From Isurus oxyrinchus (Eukaryota): 64,000 nucleotides of DNA. The position numbers and the translations under genes are program-made. The notes under the pieces were generated by a model. That model did no database searches. It was given only the letters and a program-made list of their open reading frames with translations, and was not told where the DNA came from. The DNA is taken from the NCBI GenBank assembly GCA_026770705.1, contig JANJGN010000001.1:109616001-109680000 (forward strand), read 5' to 3'. Shown here piece by piece: positions 38,505 through 50,399 of the stretch (position 1 is its first letter; every line of letters begins with the position of its first letter).

Positions 38505-41230
38505 ATGCTCCCTCATGGATAAAATATTCCAAAGCTTTTGTCAAATAACTTTATAAAAAGTTTAGTTAGCAAATTGAGCATATCAGGCTTAGAATCTGAA
38601 CTGAAAGACTTTGACTGTTATCACCATACCGCACTCTTTATTTCAGATGCAACGGACACCTCTAATAAAGAAAATAGGAAGATGTATTCTATTTGTGTAC
38701 AGATTTGCACTGCAAAAGTCTAAAGATGGATGTTTGTCCAAACTGCTTCACTGAACATGCATTTGAATCTGCTAAAGCTATTGCAGATCAAGTCCTGATA
38801 GCTTTGCAAAAGGAAGGTTTAGACTTCCAACAAGTTTTGACTTTTTCAGTTGATAATACCAGTGCCCAATTATGTAATCATCACATTGCATGCACAATAC
38901 TTCCTGAAAAGAACCCAAAGCTTTTCAAAGCTGTTGGTGGGCTCACATTGTCAACAACGCTTTCAAAGCAGGTCTATGTGAGTTAGATGTTGACTCAGAT
39001 GTTATAGCAATGAAAATAATATGGTCACTTCTCTTCATCAGCAGTACAATGTGAAAGCCTCAAAGAATTTTAGAGTCTATTGATCTGGAGTGGGTTGACC
39101 ACATCAGGCATGTCGTTAACACATTGGTGATCATTGGGGAAAAGCTGTGGAGCATATTTTGAAGGTATGGCCTGCTTTGTATTAATTCAGCAGCACAGAT
39201 TGTTCAAAATAGTAGCTCCTTATGATCGATGAAGAGCAGCATGAGCACGATTATGAATGTGCCAGTACAATTGTTCACACCATCTACCTAATGTTCTGTG
39301 CCAACTTGTTCCCTGTGTTTGAAGAAGCTAACTAAAAGTTGCAGTCCCTGTAAACATCCACACCTGAGCTGTTTGCAGAAGATCACTGGATCATTTCTTT
39401 GGCTACCAAATGCTGGCTCAGCTTTCTGATCACCAAAGAAAAGAATTAACAAGCAACTGCATGAATTCCATCTAGGCAATAGGTTCATATCTTGAGAAGT
39501 TGCTTGGTCTGACAACTGTCAATCCATTGTTTTCCCTGAGATATCAGAACTTGAACGGTCAAGATCTCAAGTTTGACTCCTTATCTGAGTTTATGGGATG
39601 CTTCCAGCTTCAAGACGCACTGCCAGTTGATGGTCTATATGATGAATATTGTATTCTTACATACTGTTATCAGATGTTGAGTAGGACAAATCTGTTCCAA
39701 AGAAATGGAATCAGATATTTAGGCCAGATTTTTGCTCCCACTTTAGATGCTCAGAGATGGGAGAATTCCCAGCTCTGTGAACCCAACCTTTAAAAATAGC
39801 AGCCCGCGGGTTGGATTTCCATTCAAGGGGCTGGATGGGAAGTCAGGCCCGCCACCCCCGAAACAAGTGCGGAGGCTGCTGGATGCAAGGCCTGCCTCTG
39901 TGCTCCAGCACTGTGTTGAATTAAATTAAAAAACAAGAATAAAACACGAAACAGCCCTTCAGCTCTCACTCCTCAGCTTCCACACTCTCCCCAAACTCCT
40001 TCCATGCCAACCCTTGCCACCTCATGCCCCCACCCACCCCCAAAGCCCCTTATGCTCCCATGCCAACCTGTGCCATTCTATCCACAGAAATAACCCCCAT
40101 CACCCCAAGCCAACACATGCCCATCTACTTACCCCCCATGGTACCTCACACTCCCTATGCCCCCCACATCCCCAGGGCCCTTTCTAGCACCTATGCCAAG
40201 CCACCCACCCTCCCACCACCCTTTGCCCTTAACTCCTGCAAGCCAACTCATCTAGTATCCTTCAACAGTTCTTTGACACTTTGACACCTTTAACAGTTAT
40301 TTGTCAGTTTGAAAGTTCTTTGACAATTGGACAGTGTTTTGACAGTTGACAGTTCTTTTAATAGCTTGACAGTCCTTTGACAGCTTTGACAGTTCTTTGG
40401 GAGCTGGACAGTTCTTTGTCAGCTGGACAGTTCTTTGACAGCTTGACTGTTCCAATAAGTTTATACACATTTTACACACAATCATGGTTGTTTTTAACAA
40501 TCCCGAAGGGTGCCTTACCTCTCCAAAGGGATGCAATACCTCTCCCAAAGGGTGCTGTACCTCTCCCAAAGGTCTCCCAGGACCAACTCCAAAGGAGTAT
40601 CTTACTTCTCCAAAGGGGTACCCTGGCTATCCAAACGACCCAACTAAGTTCTGACCTGCTCTTATCTGTTCTAATTTGCACACTCCGGGTTTCACACCCC
40701 TGGCCTAACAAAATCCCATTTCAGTGGAGGCAGCTGGTGATCTAAATGGCTAGCTGCCTCCACGAATCATGAATCTGCAAACCCCAGCTGACTCCAGTCC
40801 TGCCCCGTGAAAATGGAACATGCCATGTTTGGGGGTGGGGTTTAAAATTTTCGGCCATTTCCAGGATTTTCACCACCATGGAGAGCCTCCCCATTGTGGA
40901 AAAAACATAGGCCCTAGATCACTCATGAATTTGAGAAGCCTGTACACTCTGGTGTCATTTGCCTTGTTGAATAGGTTCAGGAGCAGAGAGGAACAATGAG
41001 GAGCATCGAGGAGATTGAAGAACAGTGAGGGCACACAAGTGATTAAGGAGCATTGAAAAGCATTGAGGCACAGCAAAAAATGTCAGGGAGCAGCGAGGAA
41101 TGTTAAGGAGCATGAAGGAACGTCAAGGAGGCAGACAATAAGTGAATTATATTTGAAATTTTGTGAGGGGCTTCTTTTTGTAATTGTGTGATTTCCAATT
41201 TCTCCACACAAGAGCCCTGTCCTTGAAACA
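38505..41230 (+). pseudogene. hAT-superfamily transposase relic (split by a MITE)
   Basis: ATDTSNK, FSVDNT, AHIVNNAFK (CxxH-region-like), GHFSSSA and RHV.T.W.SL..VEHILKVWPAL across frameshifts. Confidence 0.7.
39722..40856. mobile_element. Non-autonomous Harbinger-like element with C-rich tract and internal short repeats
   Basis: Ends GGCCAGATTTT / AAAATTTTCGGCC. Contains a C-rich CCCATGCC tract, TTGACAG repeats (40262-40450) and ~21-bp CCTCTCCCAAAGGG repeats (40500-40620). Homologous to 62122-63455. Confidence 0.75.
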
Positions 41231-42414
41231 TGGTGTCGTTGATTCCTTATCCTTAGACCAAGGAAATGAGGTAGATTATTATTTATAATGCAGCCTTTAT
41301 GACTACACAACTGCAGTAGAAAGGCTACAAATCCTTCTGGGAGTGCACCTATCAGTTGTTAAATAGTGTCATGTACATAGATCTTCATGGCTTAATTGTC
41401 AGTACTACCAAGAAATCCCTTCCCCCAGTCTCATCAGTACCCCTCCCCACCAACATGGCCTCAACAACCCTCCCACAATACAAACCATTCCCCACCCCCT
41501 TCCCCCCCCCCCCCAGCCCTGGTCTCACCAGAAACTCCCTTCCATCCCCACTCCTGCACCAATTTAGTCCTTTTAAAGGGCACCCTCAAGTTATTCAGAC
41601 TGCCCTTCTATCTATTGAATAAAGATTTATTCTGAAACTTTTTAAACATGGTGTTCCTTTAAATGGGGCTAACTTTGAAAAAGAAAGCTGCAATTCATTT
41701 AAATCTCTCTTATTTCTTATGATGCGGATCTTCAGGGGTAGATATTTGCCTTGGCTCATAGCACAGAATTGCATCAACTGCCCATTCTATGCCACGCCTG
41801 ACATTTAATTCCATAGACGTCAATGGAAGTCAATGTTACACAGGGGCTACAATGGGAGAACCAAGTGATGCATTCTATTTAAGAGCAGCTGTACAAGTTG
41901 AATTTCTATTCTTCCAGTGTGTAAAAGCCCTCCTTACAACTGCTCTTGTGTTTCAAGGAACACTTTTCTACTAATAACGTGAAATTTCGAAGGTGTAATT
42001 TAAGGAACTTTTGTTGGTTTAGGGGTGTATGACATAATGACATCGTGCACCATTAGCACCATGTTGCGATGCAGCATGCCTATGGAAAGTAAATGAGAGG
42101 TTTCGCAAAAAAGCATAGGGGAGGTGCCTGCTTGACAAAAATACAAATGTCCAAATGGATAATAAACATAAGGAATTACAACTCAAACCACAAAATGATG
42201 ATCTCACAGCAGAAATCACAATAATCAGTTTTCTAAAATCACTGTTGCTTTGAACTATGCTAGTTAATTTCTGGAGTCCAAGATAAATGTTCTTTCACTT
42301 ATGAAAATGATAACTTATTCCAGTGGTTTTTGCTGGTGCTTTCTTCATACATCAATTGAAAAAGAAAGCTATCTGAGGCAATAATTTACTTCCTATTATT
42401 CTTTAGTAGCCAGA

Positions 42415-42480
42415 AGTCTTGTGGCCCAGTGGTAGTGTCCGTATCTGAGCCAGAAGCTCTTCCAATATGCCTATGGCAGG
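42415..42480 (+). mobile_element. Degraded tRNA-derived SINE head
   Basis: GTGGCCCAGTGGTAG A-box-like motif followed by TCTGAGCCAGAAG; B box missing. Confidence 0.4.
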
Positions 42481-42599
42481 TGGTAAGAGCAGGAGAGTCT
42501 CCTCATTAACCAGAACCTGCAGAAAGTATCGGCAAATCACTGCAGCGTCTTGCAAAGCATAACCATGTATCAACAGATAAGAGCAAATTCAGAACAGGG

Positions 42600-45519
42600 A
42601 ACAGGGGATGGAGAATTAGTGAGACTCTGACAGCACAGGTTAAAAAGTGTATGACACAGGAATTTGGCAGTGTTAAAAGGTATATGTGTAAATGCAAGGG
42701 TCATAGTAAATAAAGGCAATGAGCTGAGGGCACAGATAGACAAATGGCAGCATGATATCATCGCTATAATGGAACGTTAAAGAGCAGCAGAAATGGCAGC
42801 TCAGCAACCCTGGATATGAAGTTTTCAGGCAGGATAAGGAGGGAGATAATAAAAAGATGGGGAAGTAGCATTATTGGGTAAAGATTCAATTACAGCTGTG
42901 AGGAGGAATGAGATGCCAAATGAAGTATCAACTGGGGCCATATAGGTTGAGCTCAAAAATAAAAAATGCGCAGCCACATTGCTAGGAATGTACTACAAAC
43001 CTCATACAGTGAAAGGAAGTTAGAAGAGCAAATATATAGACAGATGTCGGAGTGGAAAAACAATAGGGCAGTAATTATTAGGTACTTCAAGTACCCTAAT
43101 ATCAATTGGGATACAAACAATGGGAAGGGCACAAAGGGCACAAAATTCTTGAACTGAATTCAAGAGAACTCTTTTAGCCAGCATGTAACAAGCCCAACAA
43201 GAGATTTAGTCTTAGGAAATGAAGCTGGGCAAGTGGATGAAGTAGCTGTGGAGGACCATTTTGGAGATAGTGATCATAATACAGTTAGATTTAGGCTTCA
43301 TTATGGAAAAGGACAAAGATGGAACAGGAGTAGAAGTTCTAAATTGGGGGAAGACAAATTTTACATAGCTGAGAGGTGAGCTGGCGAGACTGGTCTGGAT
43401 ACATTTATTGGAAGGGAAAACTGTGCTAAATGAGTGCGAGGCATTCAAAGGTGAGATTCTATGGGCACAGTGTAGACATGTCCCCACAAAGAAAAAGGGT
43501 GGTACTACCAAATCTAGAGCTCCCTGGTTATCTAGAAGCATACAGGCCAAGATAAAGTAGAAAAAGGAAGCATATGGCAGTTACAAAAGACTTAATACTG
43601 TAAAAGGCTTAGAGGCATATAGAAAGTGGAGGGGTGAAGTAAAAAACGGAAATTAGGAAAATGAAGAGAGGATACAAAAAAGTATTGGGAGGTAAAATCA
43701 AAAGAAATTCTAGATTAAGAGCAAGATAATAACTAAGGAAAATGTAGGGCCTATCATGGATATACATGGTAACTTGTGGTTTGATGCAGAAGATGTGGGC
43801 AGGGTTCTCAATACTCGGTACTTTGTCTCTGTCTTCACTAAGGAGAGGGATAATGCAGACATTCTAGTTAAAGAGAAGTGTGAAATATTAGATACAATAA
43901 GCAGTGACAGAGGAAGTACTGGAGGGACTAGCATCCTTGAAGGTGGATAAACTACCAGAGCCAGATGGATTGTATCCCAGGCTGTTAAAGGAAGCCTGGG
44001 AGAAAATAGTGGATGCTCCGAGCGTCAATTTCTAATCCTCACTAGATACAGGTGAGTTCCCGGAGGATTGGAAGCCTGTGAACATTGTACCATTATTTTT
44101 AAAAGCTGTGAGGAATAGGCCAGGATATTATAGACCAGTCAGCCTAACTTCAGTGATGGGAAAATTATTGGAAACAATTCTGAGACACAGGGTAAACAGT
44201 CACTTAGAAAGGCAAGGATTGATCAGGGACGGTCAGCATGGTTTTTTAGGGTAAGATCATGTCTTACTAACGTAATAGAAATTTTTGAGGAAGTAACAAG
44301 GAGGATTGATGCGGGTAGTGTAGTGGATTTTGTCTACATGGATTTCAGTAAGGCATTTGACAAGGTCCCACATGGCAAACTAGTCAGAAAAGTGACATCT
44401 CATGGGATACAGGGGAAAGTGGCAGGTTGGATCCAAAATTGGCTCAGTGACAGGAAACAAATGGTAATGGCCGATGGATGTTTTTGTGAATGGAAAACGG
44501 TTTCCAGTGGTGTTCCATCGGGCTTAATGTTGGGATCCTTGCTGTTTGTTGTATATAGTAATGATTTAGGCTTAAATGTGGGAGGCATAATTAGGAAATT
44601 TGCAGATGACAAATTTTGGCTGTGTAGTTGACAGTGAAGAGGATAGCTGTTGACTCCAGAATTATATCAATGGTTTGCTTGAGTGGATAAAGAAGTGGCA
44701 AATGGAATTCAGTCTGGAAATGCATTTGGAGAAGGCAAACAAAGCAAGGGAATGCTCAATAAATGGGAAGTTATTGAGAGGGGTCAAGGAAGTGAGAGAC
44801 CTTGGAGTGCATGTCCACAAGTCCTTAAAAGTGGCAGGACAAGTGGGAAAGGTGGTCAAGAAAGCATATGGAATGCTTTCCTTTATTAGGTGAGTTATTG
44901 AATACAAAAGCAGGAATGTAATGATGGAATTGTATAAAACACTGGTTAGGCCACAACTGGAATTTTGTGTACAGTTCTGGTCACCACATTACAGTAAGAA
45001 CATGATTGCCCGGGAGAGAATGCCAAGGAGATTTACAAGAATGTTGCCAGGGCTTGATAATTGCAGCTATGAGGTGAGATTAGATAGGCTAGTATTGTTT
45101 TCCTTAGAACAGAGGAGGCTAAGGGGTGACCTAATTGAGGTGTACAAAATTATGACGAGCATAGATAGGTTAGACAGGAAAGACTTGTTTCCATTAGCTG
45201 AGGGGTCAATTACCAGGGGGCATAGATTTATAGTGATTGGTAGAAGGATTAGAGGGGACATGAGGAAAAACCTTTTCACCTAGAGGGTGATGGACTTCTG
45301 GAATTCACATTGGTGGTTGAGGCTGAAATGCTCAACTTGTTTAAAATGTACCTGGATTTGCATCTGAAGTGTTGTAACCTGCTAATCTATGGACCAGGTG
45401 CTGGAAAGTGGGATTAAAATGAGCGGCTGGTTCCTTTTTTCTCTTTTTGGCTGGCGCAGACACGATGGGCTGAATGGCCTCTTTCTGCACCATAACTTTT
45501 CTATGGTTCTATGATTCTA
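42600..45519 (+). mobile_element. CR1 (HER1-like) LINE, near-complete ORF2 (APE endonuclease + RT), decayed
   Basis: CVNARVIVNKGNEL..DIIAI (endonuclease start), MDFSKAFDKVPH, KFADD, LVRPQLEFCVQFWSP; tail TTCTATGGTTCTATGATTCT. Confidence 0.95.
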
Positions 45520-47589
45520 AGTCCATGTTTGCAAATGCCCTCTTAGGACACGGTACCTGAAGAGGGAGAAGATTCTTTATTAAGTTGAATGTTGGTCCTC
45601 TCAGCAAATGTACTGAGCAAGTGAGAAAAAAAACCACCCTAAAAGAACCAAATTAATGACCATGTTAAAAAGTCCTTTGAAAGATCGTATGCCTGTGTGT
45701 GGGAAATAAAGGAACAAGCTGAAATCTAGCAATGCTGGCTCCAGAACCCTACTCAGCAGACATCAAAGAATCTAAAGATGAACCTCATTAGGAACCATAG
45801 TTGAACAATTTAAGTCTGAATGGTTGCCAGTAGATTTTGGCCACTATTTGTTTCATAAAGCTTGTTTCATACAAGGTACTTGCTGTAAACAATCAATCAC
45901 CATTTTAATTCATAATCACTGTCAACTTGCATCAGGCGCCTCAAGAGGTTTTGTTGGCCTTGAAGGGCAATTTATTTAAAGGGACAATGCACCTCCATGT
46001 CTCACCATCATGGGTGCCAGAACATAAAGCAGGGAAAAGTATGGCCACACCACTCAGGTTTTTAAACATTGTGTTCCCTTCCTGCAAAAGATTCAGCACA
46101 AATGCTGCAAATTTGGGAGCAATGCCCTGAATCTGCATCTACAGGCAATAGGTGGACAGAAATGACAAACTGTGGGAGACAGCGAGATTGGGGATGTGGT
46201 GACAAATGAAGCTTGGTAAAAGCACAACAAGGTTCAGAACAGGTAATGCCAGCTTCATGTGGTTTCTCAAAATATTGCAATGCTCTTACAGTCAGCCACT
46301 TCAAGAGTAAATCTTGCTGCATCCACAGCGAAAAGTGCTCTTCTGCCCCTGACGTTGATTTAGTGTTGGTGACAGGGTCCCACCCACTGGTTCTCCAACC
46401 AGTGGGAGCCCCACGTCGTTTTTCTCTGGAAGGCTCATGTTATTTAAGTGCAATTGGCTAGGCATCAGGCCTCCTACTCAATCAAAGCCCCTGTTCGGCA
46501 AATATCCCTCCCCTGAAAGCTACCCAAGAGTGATGGCTGCTGCCGGCAATGCACTGAGGCTTTCACCAGGGATTGTCACTGGATCCCTGGAGACAGGTAA
46601 GTGTGACAGAATGGAGGTCATGGGGAAAGGGTTGCCGACAAGGTTGGTGAGGAAGCGAGCTCGTTGCAAGGACTTTCAGTGGCTATCCCCCTCACCCTTC
46701 CCAATGCCAACTCCCTCAATCGGAAGCTGAGTATTTGTGAACAAGAGATCCTCACCCTCTTCAAGGTTCAGGTTTGCTGGCAGCTTTCAGGGGACTCATG
46801 AGAATCATGTGAGCCCTGTTAAATCCCTGAGCCACCATTAAATCCCAGTAGGCTCAAGAATAATTGCTCTCAAGTTGCTCTTTAATGAGCCTAATAGACA
46901 TCCTGCCACCTCGGGATGGGATTCCCACATCAGGTCAGTCTTCCCGCCACTGGGAATTGGATGCAGGGACTCCCTGAGTCACTATCCTACTCTCCCCTGT
47001 GGGCTCCACTAAATTACCCCCATCACACGGGTTGCCCTCGTGGATGGGTTTGGCCACTCCAATAATTATGCAGGCACTTCCAAATCCATATCCACACCCA
47101 CTTTCAGATCTGTAACTGCTGCAATGTCCCCACCAACTCCATCATGGCATCCCCCCTGCTCAAGTACTAACCCAAAGGCACCCATCTGGGAGAAAGTAGT
47201 TACTAAATTAGAAGTATTTTTACTGCGTGAAGCACTGAGTATAAGGGAGAATAAGGATCTTGGAGTTGAAGGGAGGAAGAGTGCCATTTCTCAAAATAGC
47301 CATGATTACGGAGCACCAATCTTAGGTGGGGGTGGTGGAGATGGTATCCATGTGGATGACCGTGATGATAGAGATTGGGGGGAAACCCACAGGGCTCATC
47401 TACATCACATTTCAGGATGTTTCTCACGATTTGCAGAAAACCCTGGAGAGAGAAAGACAGTACATGAGGCTTCTGAAACAGCAAAGCCCAGGATTAATGA
47501 TACCAATGGCAGACGAGAGGATGCAGATTCAAGGTAATCAGCAAAGGAACAAGAGGTGACATGAGTGGAAAATAATTACACAGCGAGTA

Positions 47590-47790
47590 TGCACTACCTG
47601 AAATGCTGGAAGCAGATTCAGTGGTAATTTTCAAAGGGGAATTGAATAAATACTTGAAAAGGAAATATTTGCTGATCTATGGAAAAAGAGCAGGGGATTG
47701 GAACTAATTGGATAGCCCTTTCCAAGAGCTGGCACAGGCAGGATGGGCCAAGGGATCTCCTTCTGCCCTGTATCATTCTCTGATCCTATA
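47590..47790 (+). mobile_element. CR1 3' UTR fragment
   Basis: TTCAAAGGGGAATTGAATAAATACTTG...GATGGGCC...CCTTCTG..CTGTATCATTCT. Confidence 0.7.
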
Positions 47791-47919
47791 ATTTATCCTA
47801 TTTCATTTTTCACCGCTGTTCTGTATCTCTCTCAATCTTTAATTGGATAAAAAGATAGGCTGTTGCCCCATTGCTTTCTCTTCACCGTTATCAACTCACA
47901 CTGCCAGCAATGGGCTGCC

Positions 47920-48020
47920 CCATTTCAAGATGGCGGCTCACCACCATCCACTCAAGGGAATTAGGATGGGCTATAAATGCTGGCCTCGCCAGAGACACTC
48001 ACATCCCATGAACAAATACA
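47920..48020 (+). mobile_element. LINE family B 3' tail
   Basis: TTCAAGATGGCGGCTCACCACCAT..CTCAAGGG..ATAAATGCTGGCC..ACATCCCATGAA. Confidence 0.75.
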
Positions 48021-49309
48021 AAGAAACTTGCAGAGCACAGAATCTGAGGACTAAGGGAAATGCCTCAATGAAGAGATACATGATAAGATGGATGCCAGAA
48101 AATTATGGGACAATCATTGACGGATTTGTTTCTTGGTAGGATCAGGGTGAGTTTTAAAAGTGCTGCTCATCTGATTGCAGTTTTTCTGATTTTCTAGGCA
48201 ATAGTACCAACCTCATTCCATCTCGAAACCTGAGTCCAACAAGCAAGCTGAACATTTGGGAAGAATCATTGCTTCAATCTACCATGGAATCACCAGAGCA
48301 AATGTCTTCACTGTAACTAAGAGATGAGCCTACACCCAGTTCCCACAAGGCATCCACTTGATCTATGTCACAGAAACAGCATCAGTCAAACTTATACAGT
48401 ATCATAAAGACTATACTCAATTCGCTGCGGGCATGTGTTTCCCCAATATAAGCATTGTATTGTCCCAAATACAGCAGCAACTTTCCCAGAATATGACTGA
48501 GAAGGATTGCTAAGCCAGCTTACCAAGAGACCTAGCAAAATAAACATATGATGAATCAGGCTTGGGTCAGGGCAGTCCCGCTGTGTGAACTCAACTTACA
48601 CATAGAGAGAGCAAAACAGAAGGAAGCGTAAAAATGGGATTTATCTGTGAAAGATTCTTTAATGAGAACTGTGTAGTGTAGCTAAATGAGCCAGCCTCAG
48701 TATCAGCGCCCGATTTAAAGCACAGGACAATCATGTGGCATGGATTTAATGTAACAATCACAATTCTCTGGTTTTAGGTCCAATAATACATCAAAATATT
48801 TGTCAACTGAAACTTATTTTAACATGTTTTCCCACACTGAGACATAAAACTGGTAATATTAAGTTGTAGCCAGTTCTTACTCTGTTTGCATTCTACAGTT
48901 AAGCATGGCTGTAGAAGGTTTTACAGTCAAGCATCTCAAAGTTCATTTGCAGCTGAGCAAATAATGTCAGGTTTCTGAAAAAAATCATGTCAGACTGTGA
49001 TTATTTTTTGTTTCATTCAGTTTTTATTACCCCTCCCTTGTATGTTCTTTAACTTGCAAGTACCAAAGGATAATAAATATTGGTCATTGGCTGCACTGCT
49101 CCCTATCCCCATCATGTGCTGATGGAGGGTCATTTTAAAATTTGAGGCAGGCAGATATGCAGCAGAGGCGTCAACTCCACAATGCTGCTGATATCACAAC
49201 ATGTCACCACCCCAGTCCAAGGTAAAGCATTTCACAGTGCCAATGACAAAACACAAAGAACGGTACAGTACTAAATCAGGAGGCAAAGGGACAATTTGGG
49301 AATGATTGT

Positions 49310-49803
49310 CATATGGCAACTCCATTTGCCTGGATGAGTGCAGCTCCCAAAACACTCAAGAAGCTTGACACATCCAGGGCAAAGCAGCCCGCTTGATTGG
49401 TACCATACCCACAAACTCTCACTCTCTCCATTACCAATGCACAGTAGCATCTACAAGGTGCACTGCAGGAATTCAGCAAGGCTTCTTCAACAGCACCTTC
49501 CAAACCCACGACCACTGCCATCTAGAAGGACAAGGGCAGCAGATGGATGGGAACACCACCACCTAGAAGTTCCCCTCCAAGTCACTCAGCATCCTGACTT
49601 GGAAATGTATCATTGTTCCTTCACTGTTGCTGGGTCAAAATCCTGGAACTCCCTTCCTAGCAGCACTGTGGCTGTACCTACACCACATGGACTACAGCGG
49701 TTCAAGAAGGCAGCTCACTACCACCTTCTCAAGGGCAACTAGGGATGGGCAATAAATGCTGGCTCAGCCCACAAAGCCCACATCCTGTGAATGAATAACA
49801 AAA
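49310..49803 (+). mobile_element. LINE family B 3' end
   Basis: SKSWNSLPSS..PTPHGLQRFKKAAHYHLLKGN* plus tail. Confidence 0.9.
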
Positions 49804-49959
49804 AACATGAGGCTCCACTTTAGGCTCCCAACAGAACCCATGTTTGCTCTCATCACCATGGGATCACTGAGCCTAAGAGGGTGGAGCAGGGTAGGATTCT
49901 TGTCGTAATCCAGGAATGCCTACCTCCCACTACCTTAGCCTTAACCCATCCTCAACAAT

Positions 49960-50220
49960 GATCTCTTAGCAAACTACCATCTGATCACAGATCTTGGATT
50001 CCTCTCCAAAGTTTTTGAATGCGTTGTTGCTTCCTAAATCTAATCCCATATGTCCCACAATTCCCTGATTAAATTTCTCCAATAAATTTCAAAATAGGAA
50101 ATTGCATCCTATCGGATTGTGGTTATGTTTTTCTTCCTAGGCGTCTCTACAGTGTTTGACATGATGAACCACACTACTCTGCAAAACACATCCTCTATTG
50201 TCTCATTATACATAAACTGA
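49960..50220 (+). mobile_element. L2 LINE RT fragment
   Basis: LANYH.I..L.FLSKVFECVVAS and LGVSTVFDMMNH resemble L2 RT motifs (LDLSAAFDTVDH). Confidence 0.55.
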
Positions 50221-50399
50221 TGATGCCCAGCTTTATCTCTCCACCATCCAGCTTGACCCTCTTTTACCTCTGTGCTGCCAAACAGCCTGTCCAACATCGA
50301 TCATACCTGGAGTGCTGTGAACAGTTCTGGACACCACACAGTATGCAGGATATATTGGTCTTGGAGGAAGTGCAGCGTAAATGACCAGAATGACACCTG

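Noticed and set aside
40297-40745. ORFs with repeated GEVxHP / PLPKG heptads
   Set aside because: Translation of ~21-bp internal repeats of a non-autonomous element.
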